The notes below the pieces were generated by a model. The model had not been told where the DNA came from. It saw only the letters and a program-made list of their open reading frames with translations, and did no database searches. 64,000 bases of DNA. Origin: Blastocladiella emersonii ATCC 22665. Taxonomy: Eukaryota > Fungi > Blastocladiomycota. The DNA is taken from contig JANHCV010000004.1 in assembly GCA_025594325.1 (NCBI GenBank), positions 2,294,001 through 2,358,000 on the forward strand. The letters are read 5' to 3'. Position 1 is the first letter of the stretch. Every line of letters starts with the position of its first letter. Below are positions 44,890 to 57,101 of the stretch, one piece after another. A program made the translations under genes and the position numbers.

Positions 44890-45286
44890 TCAGTTCAGTA
44901 GGCGGTGGATCGACATGGACATGGGGTCGGTCCCAGCACCCGCGCCGGCGCGCGGCGAGACCGTGAACCCGCCGCCGCCGTGGTACGCCGCCGAGTCCGC
45001 CGGCGCCATGGACATGGGCATGGACGGCGCGGTCCCCGCAGCGGGGGACGTGAGCCCCGTCAGGCTGATGGCGCGGTTCGGGGTCGTCGTCGACCCGACG
45101 CGCCGGCTGCCGGGCAGCGGGAGCACGAACAGCGAGTTATTGCCCGACGCCGAGGACGACGAGGAGGACGGGCCCGTGAGGAAGTGCAGCGGGACGCCAG
45201 CGGTACCGTTCTGCGCTGCGCCCATCGAGTTGCCGGTGTTGTGCGACCCGACAACCGGGCTCGTGTGCGCGAACTGCGGCGACGCG

Positions 45287-45322
<36 letters not shown>

Positions 45323-45802
45323 GACGACGACACGTCGCGCATCGCGGCCATGTGCGCGAGGAGCGACGCGCTGATCAGCCCGCTGCCCGCCGCGCCGTTG
45401 CCGTTGCCGTTGCCATCCACGACCCCGTCTCGTCCGAGTTTGGGCGACGCCCCGGGATACCCGGAGCCCACGCCCAGGAGGTTCGAGGCGGGCGGCAGGA
45501 CCGACGGGAGCAGCTTGCTGGCGCCGATCTCGGTGTGCGCGGGCGCGAGCCGGTTCGACGAGCCCGTGAGCTGCTGGTGCACGTACGCCGCGTTCGCGCT
45601 CGCGGCGGGCGCCGACGCCGTCGTCAGGAAGTGCGGCGGGGTGCTCGAGTCGGTGGCGCGGTCCGACGGGAGGTGGTGCAGCGGGAGCGGGCCGGTCGAG
45701 TGCACCGTGACGAGGTGCTGCGGTTGCTGCTGGTAGTGGTGCTGCTGGCTCGGAGCCGGCGACGACTGGTGCGTCACCATCGACGACGTGAACGACCCGT
45801 TG

Positions 45803-45838
<36 letters not shown>

Positions 45839-48295
45839 GCGACCGAGGCCGCGCGCACAAAGTTGACGGGCGTGCTGTGGCGGACCTGCTGTTGCTGCTG
45901 CATCGGCTGCTGGTGCTGGTATGAGTACTGTTGCGGCTGCTGCTGCGACTGAACCTGCTGCACCTGCGGCTGCTGCGACCCGATCACGATCCCGTTGGCC
46001 GTCGGTCCCGAGAACGCGTACGTGGCCGCGGTAGTGCCGGGCTGGAGGTGGTACATGCCGTTGGCCGACATCGTCAGCATAGTCGGCTGCTGCTGCTGCT
46101 GTTGGGCCTGCTGTTGCTGTTGCTGGTACGGGTGATCTCGGCCTTGCGCGTCGGGCCCGAACGCGGGGCGGATCGCCGGGTACGAGTATCCAAGCACCGC
46201 GGTTGTGTGGGACGGGCGGATCGCTGCAAAGTTCGATGCGCCCGAAGACGACGAGGAGGAGGCAGGAGGAGGGTGTTGCGGCTGCTCGTGAGGCATGTAG
46301 CCCGTGTAGACCGGCCGCTGCTCGGGCGCGGCGTGGTACCCGTGGTGCTGGTTCTGCTGCGGCTGCTGCTGCTGATGCGCGGGGTATGTCTGGTACACGA
46401 TCTGCGCGGGCGTCTGGTTGGGCTGGATGTAAACATGCGTCTGCTGCTGCTGCTGCTGCTGCTGGGCGGGCGCGGAGGCCGCGTACATGGCCGACGACGA
46501 GGGCGGAGCGAGAATGTAGTGGTGGTGCTGGCTCGACTGCTGCTGGTGGTGGTACTGCTGCTGCTGGTGCTGCGGCGGCGGATGCGCGTACGCCATGGCG
46601 GGCGTCGCACTCCCACTGACCGCGGCGTGGTGTCCAGGGAACACGGCGTGCGACGCCGACGCGGCCGACGACATGGGCGGCGTGTGCGAGGCGACCGGGT
46701 TCGCGATCGTCGAGTACGAGGGCTGCTGGTGGTACAGCGGCGGGGTCGGGTGGGTCGTCACGACACGCAGCGGGTGCTCCAGCGGCGCGGATCCCGCCGA
46801 GTGCAGCAGCGGCGTTGCGCGTAGCGGGATACGGTCCTGCGGCCCGGACCGCCGCCGCTTGGCCTTGCGGCCGCCCGACTCGCCGAGTGGGGCAGAAGTG
46901 ATCGGATGCGGGCCCGTGTTCGCGGTCGGGGTTGCCGCCGGTGCAGCGGGGACGGCGCGGCGGGTGCGGACCTTGAGCCCCTGCGCGGCGAACAGCTTGG
47001 ACAGCGGGGTGGACTCGTCGAGGCCGGGGAACTTTTTGGGCGCGTAGATGACGAAGGGCGAGGACACGAGGGACGCGATACGGCGGGTGCGGCCGTTGGC
47101 GAGCTCGAGCAGCGTGAAGCGGAGGCGGTAGGTGCCCTCGGTGCGGACCGAGATGTCGGGGAAGACGAAGAAGCCGCCCTCGGACCCGTCCACGTCGCGC
47201 AGGCGGAACAGCGACGACACGACGCAGCCCGACGTGATGCGCGAGTGCTGCGCGGCGACCGACGGCGATTCCGCGCGGGCACGGGCCGGAGCGGGCTCGG
47301 GCGCCTCAACCGGTGCCGAATCGGGCGCGTCGGAGACCGAATTCGCGGTGCCGGGCTCGCGCGGGGTCGGGAGCTCGCCGCTGCCCGTCGACGAGCGCGC
47401 GGGCGACGCGGCGTCAGCGGTCGCACGCGAGGGCGCGTTCTCGGGCGGGATCAGGGTGGCGTGCATGAAGAGGAACGGGTTGTGGAGGTACGCGGTCCTG
47501 GAAACGCGGTACGGTTAGGGTTTCGGGCGAGAATCGGGTTGGGGCGTGAGAACGTACGAGGTTGGCGCGTTCGGGTCGTCGACCTTGACCTGGATGATGG
47601 GTGGCGGGTCTGATTGCGCTGAATCGTTAGCGAGGAGCCAGCGTGGAGGTCGAATCAAGGCGAGGGGAGGGCGTACCGATCGGGCGGCGGTCCGAGCGCT
47701 CGCCGTAGCCGCACATGCGCGCCTTTTCGGGATTCTGGCGGATGACCATGGTGTACGTGCTAGTACGCGGGCGTTTGGTGAGTTTTGGGTGTTCGAGGGC
47801 ACGAGGGGGTCGAGTTGGGAAGGGATCGTACACTCCGCGCTTGGTCACGGTGAGCGGCGTCGTCGAGCTGTCCACGCCGCGCGCAGCTGCCGCCGCCGGG
47901 CCGGGCGTGCTGGAGCTTGACGAGGCAGCGCGAGCAGGCTCGGCGCGCGAGGCGGACGCAGCGGATGGGTCCGAGACCGGGGTCGACGCCACGGTCGGCG
48001 GGTAGAGGTGGGCGGGTGCGTTGGCGGGCGTGTGAGGCGGCGACGACATGGCGCCGAGCGGCGGGTCCGTGGCGAGCGGGTGGCGGTACGCGTGCGGCGG
48101 CAAGGCCGAGGCCGTGTGCATGTACGGGTGCTGGAACCCGCCGCCTTGTGCGGGGTACGCGCCGCTCACGGACGGTGCCGCGGGGGCTGATGCTGCAGAG
48201 ACGGGCGTGGCGGCGTGCGGCGCGGCGCCGTGGGCGTGCGAATCATGTTGCATGGTGTTCGGCTCGCGCTCGAGCGCTAGATGCATGAGATTCAT
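44890..48295 (-). CDS. Velvet-domain transcription factor with long polyQ-rich C-terminus (3 exons)
   Basis: YTMVIRQNPEKARMCGYGERSDRRPI|DPPPIIQ, GGFFVFPDISVRTEGTYRLRFTL and PFVIYAPKKFPGLDESTPLSKLFAAQGLKVRTR. Velvet subfamily not assignable by eye. Confidence 0.93.
45292..45837. repeat. CTG/CAG trinucleotide tracts encoding polyglutamine in the velvet protein
   Basis: Runs of about 10-11 CTG units near 45292-45320 and 45803-45837. Shorter runs continue to about 46570. Confidence 0.9.
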
Positions 48296-50857
48296 GGAGG
48301 GCGGGCGGGGTCAGCGAGAGTGCGGGGGAGGAGAACGTAACACGGTCGGCCATGGCGCATCGGGTGGGCGGGCGGCACGAGGGCCGCCGCGGGCCGCTCG
48401 GCCGCCGCGACGCCGCGGTCCGAGCACCGCCAGCGGCAGGCAGGCGGAGACGGGGACACCACAGACGGCCGCGCGTCGCGCACAGCGGACATCGGTCGCC
48501 GCCTGCCATCGGCGGGAGCTTGCGCGCACGCACGCCCACACGTCTCCCGCGCCCGCCCGCGGACACGGAGCCAGGAGACGCGCCGCTCGGCAAGCAGGCA
48601 AGCAGGCGATCTGCTCCAGCAGCCGACGCGCCGCCGTGGAGCGCCCCTGAGCCGCACCATCACGGGCCTCCTCGCCGATCGAAACGAGGGCGATGCAGAG
48701 CACGTACCGACAGTTCTCGAGCCGCGTGGCGCTGGGGGCGAGCTGCAGGCCTGGCCGAGCCTTGGACGCCAGGGCCTCGGTGCGGGCGGGTGTCGGAACC
48801 TTGTTCCTACGCGCAGCAATCGAATCGCGGCCGCGAGAGTGAGTGAGTGACGTTCCGGGCTTGCCCGATGGACGGAGGATTGGGGCGCCCCGCGGCCGCC
48901 GCCGCTCTGCTGCTTCACCATGCACCGCCGCCACAACGGTCGGCCAACCGCCGCGAACGCGAACGCGCAACCATCGCGTCATCGGCGGTCCGCGCGCTCG
49001 CGTTCTCTGGTCGGCCTGATCGGGGACCGTGGTGGCGCAGGCGGCGCGGCAGCGTCGGCGCCCATGCGGAGCGCGAGATCGCGCGCAATCAGCCCCGCTC
49101 CTCTGCTGCTCGCGCACGAGTCGCGTAGGGTGACGGCAAGGACGTACGAGAAGCGGCTGCCGGGGTACTGCAGCAGCTGGTCAAGAGGGAGAGCCGGCCG
49201 TCGACGCGGTTCGTGGTTCTGCACGAAGATCAACACGGGTAGGAGGGTCAGTCAGCCGTTATCAGTCCCCGGCGGCAGCAGCAGCAACAGCAGCAGCAGA
49301 ACGGGTGCGGTGTTGCCAAGGTCAGCCCGCACGCTCCTCGACCGCCCTTGTCTGCACCCTCCCTCGCCGCCAGGGTACGCGACGCCACCAGTCCGTGCCT
49401 CCCACGTCGCGCGACGACGCGGTTTCGCGCCGAGCACCCCCTTTTGGGCGATGATGACCACGCTCGCGGACATCGCCATCGGACCAAGTCCACGGGACGG
49501 AAAGGAGCGGCGGGAGGCGCGCAGCGGCCGGAACCGCACGGGCGCGGCGTGCGCACGGTGGCCATGGCCGCGACGAACTGCGCAGCCGACGAGAGACGAC
49601 ACCGCAGGACGACACCGCAGGACGACGACGCGGGATGACGACGCGGAACCAGAAACCAGGGAGTGCCGTACCTTTCTTCCACAGGAGGGTTGAGGGGCGA
49701 ACGATGGTCAAGCAGGCGATGACGGCTATGCGTGGGCCGCGGGCCTGGGTCGGGAGTGGGTGGTGGGAAACGAGAGCGCGGAGGGAGAGAGCCGGCGACG
49801 CGGCCAAGTTCGGGCCGAGATCGGTGATGGTGGTCAGCCGGGAGGGACGCGTGGTGCGTGGTGCGTGGTGCGCAGGCAGGTACTTGTCCGTCCGCGAGGG
49901 AGGGCAGCAAGTTGAAAAATAAAACGCGGCATGTGGTGCTGTGCTTGTCCTCGGCTCGGCTCGTGGGCGTGTAAACCAAACCACACGCAGACGCGCCTCG
50001 CCGCTGCTCCTCCACCTCACCTCGCACTCGCACACTCTCCTACCGCACGCACGATGAGCGCATCCAGCAGCACGCCATCGTCGCCGTTGTTGCTGACCAC
50101 CTCCAGGAAAGGCTCGTTCAAGTGGCTCCGCTTGTTGACGACGGCGGCCACGGCCACGGCCACGGTGGCCACGGCGGCCAGCCATCGCACAAGCGCTCGG
50201 CCACGGGAGGCTTTTACGCGCTATCTCACGCGGGCAAAGGTGAAGCACGGCCCGCTCACGCGCACGAGTTTGCCCGTGATGGATGTTCGAGATCGCGGGC
50301 TTGGCACCGAGTGCCGACGGCACTGGGTCCACTGTGAATCCGCGGGCCCGGTGCGCTGCGCAAGGGAGGCGTTTGAGAACCTTCTTCTCCTTCATCATGT
50401 GTTCCGCGGCAGTATCAGGTTCAGCGGCGGTCCGCGGGCTCGGGGCGGGGCGGGGCGGCCGCTGCGCGCGCGGCTGGAGTGGGGCGCGGTCACGCGGTGG
50501 CGGTGCGAGACAACACGCGGCTGCGAGACATGGCAACGGTCACCTGAGATCACGCGGACGAGACTCGCACCCCCCTGCTGCCGCGACTGCGCGCCTCGAG
50601 CTGCTTTGCGGGCGCGGATTCGGGCGCCCCCCGCAGCCACCCTGTACCGGCCCGCACGTTGACCTGCGCGCCTCGTAACCCACTGCATTGCACCCGCGCG
50701 GCAACCTACACACTCTCCAACCGTCCCGCGGCCTCGATCGGCCCCGACTCTACCCGCAGCGACCCCCCGAATCCGCGCCGCCGACTGCCGACCGCCCCGT
50801 GATCGGCCCTGCCCTCCCGACCTCCGATCGACCCCAAGCGCACCGATACCAGCAACC

Positions 50858-53800
50858 ATGCCCGCCGATCGGAGCCGTCCGTCGGCCGCGGCGCGCCGCG
50901 AGTCGTTCCCGTACCGCCTGATCGCGGCCCCGCTGCGCATCATGCGCGACCTGGTCCGCGGCAGCTCGGCCCACGAAGCCGACCTCGAGGCGTCCACGGC
51001 CGACCACATCAGCGCGTCCGCCGAGCCGGCCAGCAGCGACTACGGATCGCAGCCGCAGTCGCACGACTTTGACCTCCTCGCCTCGCCCATGCGCCCGACC
51101 ATGCGCTTCTCGCTTTCGGGCGCCGACGACGGCCGCGCCCGCGACCTCGACCGCCCGCCAAAGCGCTCGCGCAACAGCGGCCCGCACTCGAGCGCCGCCC
51201 GCCGCGCCGTCGGCCTCGAGTCCACCCCGCAGCGCGCCGCCGCCGTGCCCCTCCGCCAGAGCCGCAACTCGGCGCCCGGGTCGGCTTCGGCCTCGGCCTC
51301 CGACCGCTATGCCGAGTCCGATCGTGCCGCTGCCTCGCGCTACTCGCCTGCCGGCCACGCTGCGCGCTTCCACCTGGCCTCGCCGGGCTCGATGCCCCCG
51401 GTCTCGTCGTCCTCGTCGCGCACGCTGCTCGCGCCCGAGCGCACCCCGCGCCCCGCTACGGATGCGGCTGCGGCTACGTCGCGCCCCTCGAGCAACGTAC
51501 GTTTTGTTTCGTGTGGTATATGGATTCGAGACACGTCGCTGACCAGCAGTCCGCACAGAACCCGAGCCCGCGCGTCTCGTCGCAGTTCCGCATGTCGCCG
51601 CACATCACCAACTCGGGCGCGCGCCGCGACCGCGACTTCTGTGCCGCCCTGACCTTTGCCTACGGCGAGTCGAACCCCGTCGCGGCCGCGCACCCGGGCC
51701 AGGTCGGCGGCACCTCGACCTCGTACCACCTGTACCGCCGCCTGCCCGACGGGTCCGTCGAGCCCGCCGAGTCGCTCAGCACCCTGATGCGCGCCGTCCC
51801 GCAGCCTGTCGCGCGCAACCCGAACATCCGCCTCCCGCCCCTGTCCAAGAAGCTCAAGCGCCACGCCGACGGCACCATGGCCGCCGCCGCCGCCCAGGAA
51901 CCGCCCGCCTCCTCGCAGGACCAGGAGGAGCCGCTGCCCGAGTCGTCGCAGATGTCCGTCGACACGGCCGACCTCGACGACGACGACCGCGCTGCCCGCG
52001 ACGTGACCATGTCGCGCGAGGCCTCGCCAACGCTCGAGCCCGCGACCAAGCGCCGCAACACCATCTCGAACTCGGCCATGGTCGACGCCGAGATCCAGAC
52101 CTCATTCATCTCCCCGCGCCCCGATCCCGCTGCGGCTCGCCCCGGCCCCATCTCGCCCGCTGTCACCGCGCTGCGCCAGGACGTCGGCACCGCCATGACG
52201 CCCAACCGCGTCGCCTTCACCACGGGCGCCACGCCGCTCCGCGTCGCTGCCGCGTCCGGGCTCGACGCGCCCGCGCCCTTTGCTGCCCTGACAGCCGCGT
52301 CGGTGGCGGCGCCGGCTCCGACTGCGCCGCCCCGGCTCAAGTTTGGCGCCGCGTCGACGTCGACGTCTACTTCTACGAGCACGGGCACCGACGCTCCACC
52401 CGCGGCTAGCGAGACTGCCGCCGCCAAGGAGAAGGCGGAGGAGGAGACTCCCGCGGCTGCGCCGGCCATGCCCAAGTTCGGCGGGTTCGGGTCGCTTGCC
52501 ACCGCTGCGCCGACCACGTCGTCGACCGCCGAGTCTTCGGCTGCCCCGGCCCTCTCCACGTTCAGCTTCGGTGCTCGCGCTCCCACTTCCGCCCCCGCCT
52601 CCACCACGGCCGCTCCGGCTCTCCCGGCGTTCCAGTTTGGTGCTCCGCCGGCCTCGGAGCCCGCTGCTCCGGCGGCCCCGAAGCCCTTCGCCGGGTTCAC
52701 GTTCAACACCGCCACGACGTCGTCCTCGGCTCCCGAGTCAGCTGCTACTACTCCTGCACCGGCTGCCGATGCCGCGAAGCCGGCCAAGCTCGCCGTCTCA
52801 TTTGCGCCCGGCACCGCGTTCGGCTCGATCGGGTCCGATACCTCTTCCTCCTCGGCCGCGGCCCCGGCCCCGGCCTCGACGGAGCCTCCTGCGACGACGT
52901 CGGCGCCCGCGGCCTCGTCCACTCTCTCGTTCAACTTCTCCACTCTCGCCCCGGCTGCCCCGTCGCGCTCGCTCTCGTTTGGCGGCGAGTCGTCGTCTGC
53001 CCCCGCGGCTGCGCCGACGCCGGTGCGGTCCAACTCGTTCGGCGCCCCGACTCCCGCTGCGACGAGTGGCGCTGCCGCGCCCGCGACGAGCTTCTCGTTC
53101 GGTATCCCGCCCGCGGGCGAGCCGGGCGCCACGACCCCGCCCACGACCTCGGCGGGTGGGCTGCGCAACAGCATGTTCGCGTCGTCCGGGTTCGGCAACT
53201 CGATCCTCGGTCAGTCGGTGATCGGCCCGCCAACCTCGACCATCTCCGACTCGCCGTTCGTCACGGTGCCCGGCGGCAACACCGCGGGGAACCTGTCGCC
53301 GACCATGACGCCCGTCGCGCCGCCCTCGTTCAGCACCATGTTCGGCGGGCCCGGCGCCGCGGGGGCGGGAGCGGCGACGGCGCCGCCCGCGTTCGCCGGG
53401 TTCGGCGGCGCCGCGACCGCCACGTCGTTGGCGGCCCAGCCGGCGTCGGTGTTCTCGTTCGGCAACGCCAACGCCAACGCTGCGCCCGCGGCGGGCGGCC
53501 AGCAGCAGCCCGCCCCGCTCGTGTTTGGCGCGCGCGCCGCGGCCACGTCGCCCGACACGGCGTCTGGGCCTGGCTCGAGTGGCGGAAGTATGTTCAGCTT
53601 CAATGCGCCCGTGCCCGCCGCGCCCACGCCGGCCCCGGTCCCGTTCGGTGCAGCGGCCGCAGCGCCCGCCGGGTTCACCGCGCCCACGTCGTTCGGGTTC
53701 GGGACCGCCGCCAACGGGGCGCCCGCGGCGACCGGGTTCGGCGCGGCGGCGCCGCCCGCCCCGATCAACACCAACATGTTCGGTGGCGGCAGCAGCAACG

Positions 53801-54261
53801 CGTTCGGCGGCGGCGCGCCCGGGTCCAACGCGACGTCGCCGTTTGGCGCGGCCGGGTCGAACGCCACGTCGCCGTTCGGCAACAACCAGCAGCAGCCGGG
53901 TCCGTTTGGCCAGCCGCAGGGCGCGACCGGCGGCGGGTTCGGGTCCGGGTTCGGTGCCCCGGGCGGCTTTGGTAACGGCGGATTCGGCGCCCCGCAACAG
54001 CAGCAGCAGCAGCCGAGCGCGGCCGGGTTCAACTTCTCGATGCAGCCGCCCTCGGCCGGGCCCGCCGCGGGTATGTTCGGCAACGGTGCGCCGCCCGGCG
54101 GCATGTTCGGCGGCGGTGGCAGCGGTGCGCCAGGCGGCGGCCCCGGCATGTTTGGTGGACCTGGCGGCGCCGCCGCGCCCGGCGCGCCGCAGTTCTCGAT
54201 CCCGCCGCCGGTCGAGGGCGAGCAGCGGCGCAAGCTGGTGCCGCGCAAGCGCAACAAGTAG
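50858..54261 (+). CDS. FG-repeat nucleoporin, Nup1/Nup124/Nup153-like nuclear basket type (2 exons)
   Basis: Many FxF/FG repeats (FSFG, FTFN, PFG, MFGG) and a basic C-terminus RRKLVPRKRNK like Nup1/Nup124. A GTACGT...CAG intron near 51497 joins ORFs 50858 and 51511. Confidence 0.82.
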
Positions 54262-54706
54262 TTGGTTGCGCGGCGCGGCGCGGCGCGGTGTGTGATGTGT
54301 GAAGGATGAGGGATGGGATAAAAATCGACTGGCTCGCGTAACCTCAAACCATTTATCTCGCACGCGAGCGCGGGAGAAGTGAGACGCGAGACGCGCCGCG
54401 CCACTCTCGCGCACGTGGGAAACAAGCAACGCGTGGGCGTGTCTCGCGCGTCCCGTCTCGCACCGCGGCAGCTGGCTCCAGGGAGACGCCGCCCGCGAGC
54501 GCTAATGAACAAGCACGCGGCCGTGACCGCACACTTGGCGCAGCAGCACGCTTGGATGCATCCACCCCCGTCCTTGTTACTCGCGTCGCGGCCATGGCGG
54601 CGTGATTGTTGCACCGACGGCGCTTGGTTCAAGGCGACGACCTCCTTCGTGTCCGGCAGGCCCCACCTCGCGCTCTCCAGCTGAGACACGAACGACGAAG
54701 CAAACC

Positions 54707-55585
54707 ATGGACTCGCTGCCCGCCGAACTGTGCCACCGCATCCTGCACGCCGTCAAGTCGCTGGCCGACCGCGCCGCGCTCGCCGCCGCCTCGCGCGCGT
54801 GGCGCCGGCACGCCGCGGGGATGGGCGCGATGCGCGCCAACGTCAACGATCGCGCCGTTGCGCGGCTCGCTTCATCACTGCCAAGCTGGATCGCCGACGC
54901 CGCGCACACCCTGGCCATCGCCCCGGCGCCGGTCGCCGCGCTGCACCGCCAGGATAGCGGACTCGACCTGCCCACCACCTCCGCGGTGCCGCCGTTCGAC
55001 CCGGCCCCGCTCATCGCGCGGCTGCCGCACCTCGCGTCACTGGTCCTCGACGGCACGCCCGTGCTCTCGCTCACCCTGACCGCGGCGCTCGCGGCCGCGC
55101 CACAACTCTCGCGCCTCTCGGTCGCGCGGTGCGTTGGGATCACGCCGCGCGCCGCGCCCGCCCTCGCGGGGCACCCGACGTCGTGGCTCGCGCTCGACGT
55201 GTCGTGGACGCGGCTCGACGGTGCCGCGGTGCGCTTGGTCGCGGACGCGGGGGCCCTGCGCCGCGTGCGTACCCTAAAAATCGCGGGGATCGTGGCGCCT
55301 GACCTCGCGGCGTACCTCCCCGCTGCGACGCCAAGGGCGAGGGTCGTGGACGTTCGGTACACGGGGATCCGGCGGGTGCCCGCGGGGTGGCCGGCGGGGG
55401 TCAGGGTCGTCACGGACCGCGACACCGTGGGCGGGGAGGGCGGCGCGGCGGCCGACGTGGGCAAGTCTGTCGCGCGCCTCGGCGGGGTTTGGGCGCGGCT
55501 GTGGCCGGACCTCGCGGCGGCCGCCGCGGGAAGCCCGCCGCCGCACGCCGAGCGCCGGCGCGAGCGGCGGATTGCTGCAGTGTAA
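54707..55585 (+). CDS. F-box / leucine-rich repeat protein
   Basis: N-terminal F-box motif MDSLPAELCHRILHAV...ALAAASRAWR, followed by LRR-like units (LASLVLDGT, LSRLSVARC, LALDVSWT). Confidence 0.8.
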   Translation: MDSLPAELCHRILHAVKSLADRAALAAASRAWRRHAAGMGAMRANVNDRAVARLASSLPSWIADAAHTLAIAPAPVAALHRQDSGLDLPTTSAVPPFDPAPLIARLPHLASLVLDGTPVLSLTLTAALAAAPQLSRLSVARCVGITPRAAPALAGHPTSWLALDVSWTRLDGAAVRLVADAGALRRVRTLKIAGIVAPDLAAYLPAATPRARVVDVRYTGIRRVPAGWPAGVRVVTDRDTVGGEGGAAADVGKSVARLGGVWARLWPDLAAAAAGSPPPHAERRRERRIAAV

Positions 55586-55611
55586 CGTAACCATTTTGTG
55601 ATATATCATAC

Positions 55612-56886
55612 TCATGCGATCCCCTTCATCGCCGTTGCGCGCGCCGCCGCGAGCCGCGCGTGGCTGCGGAACTGGTACGTGACGAGGGCCGCGCACGCGG
55701 CCGCGAGGAGCAGGCGGCGCAGCGCGGCGCCCCAGTGGCGCGCGTACGTCCGCGCGACGCGGCGCCACCGCGCGCGCATGCCCAGGGCGGTTTGGTATGC
55801 GGCGAGGAGCGTGCGGAGCGAGGCGAGGTACCGCGCGAGGAACGTCTGGCGGCGGGGTTGCGGTTGGGGTTTCGGTTTCCCGTTGTTGAGGTTGAGCGGC
55901 GTGCGGCACGTCGGACACCGCAGCCGGCCGCCCGCCGAGCTGCGCACCGCCGTCGCGAGGTACATGCGCAGGCACAGCGGGTGGCACGCGTGCATGCCCG
56001 TCGGGCAGAAGACGCGCATCTCGCGGTCGAGCGGGTCAGTGTCTCCGAGATCGTCGTCGTCGTCGTCGGTTTCGTCGGAGTCGGAGGCGGGCGGAAGAGG
56101 CGGCGCCGTGTCCTCGTCCTCGACGTGGATCGGGTCCGCGACCATCGAGTCGCCGTCATCAGCGACGGGCATCATCGGCGCAGGTAGCCGCTGCGGGACC
56201 GGCGCGACGGCCGCGACGACGCGGCTCAACCACGACCCCGCACCCGTAGCCGCTTCGACGCCGGCACTACTCCCTGCGCCGCCCGTGTGCGTCGAGAACG
56301 TGCGCGCCGACTCGCCGACGCGCCCGCGCGCGGCCCGTGGCAGCAGCCGGTTCGGCACGCCGACGGTGCCAAGACAGATGGCGCACTCCTCGTCGGGCAC
56401 GTCGCACGGGACGCCCGGTAAGATATCCATGAGCACGGCGGACCGGCCGAGCGTCGACCTGAGCGACGGGTCGAGGACGAGCGCGGCGACGAGGCCCGCG
56501 ATGTGGGCGGCTTCGAGGTGCGCCCACGACAGAAGCGCGGCGCGGACGGCGGCGGACCACGGGGCGGGTGGGAGGACGAACAGGCCTTTGGCGTGTGCGA
56601 GGCGGATGTGGCGGCGGCGCTACGTTGTGCGTGGAGAGTCAGACCTCGATCATGATTGTAGTCTAGCGTGGCGACGCACCGACCACCGGCCGAGCTGGAG
56701 AAACGCCCACGCGAGCAGCAGGTGGATGACGGCCATGCGGCGGCGGTGCGGACCGCCCGCCGTGACGAGAGCGCCCGTCGAGCGCGACAGCGACGGCGAG
56801 TGCAGCAGGATCGTCGACATGACGTAGTGCGCGCACGCTGAGGTCGCCGCCGCGAGCCCGGCGCGCCCGCTTACGGCAGAGTCCAT
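55612..56886 (-). CDS. Membrane-associated RING-H2 E3 ligase-like protein (2 exons)
   Basis: CAIC ... CPTGMHACHPLC ... CPTC, with hydrophobic segments before and after. A GTGCGT...GTAG intron links the upstream exon starting MDSAVSG. Confidence 0.72.
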
Positions 56887-57101
56887 GTGCGTGCGTGTGC
56901 GTTGCAGTGTGTCGCGACGGCGGTCACGGTTGGGATGCATCCACGGCATGATGGCGCCCTGTGATGGTTCCGGCCTTGGCGAACGGCCGCGGGCACGCCA
57001 CGCCACCTCGCCAACGCGTCGCTCATCCGCCCTCACCCCTCCCTCTCCCTCTCCCGCTCCCCAACACGCTCGTCGATGCAACGCTAACCAGTACCCGCAA
57101 C

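Noticed and set aside
49322-50662. ORFs 49322-50536 (-) and 49931-50662 (+) as protein genes
   Set aside because: Overlapping low-complexity translations with no recognisable domain or coherent splice model.
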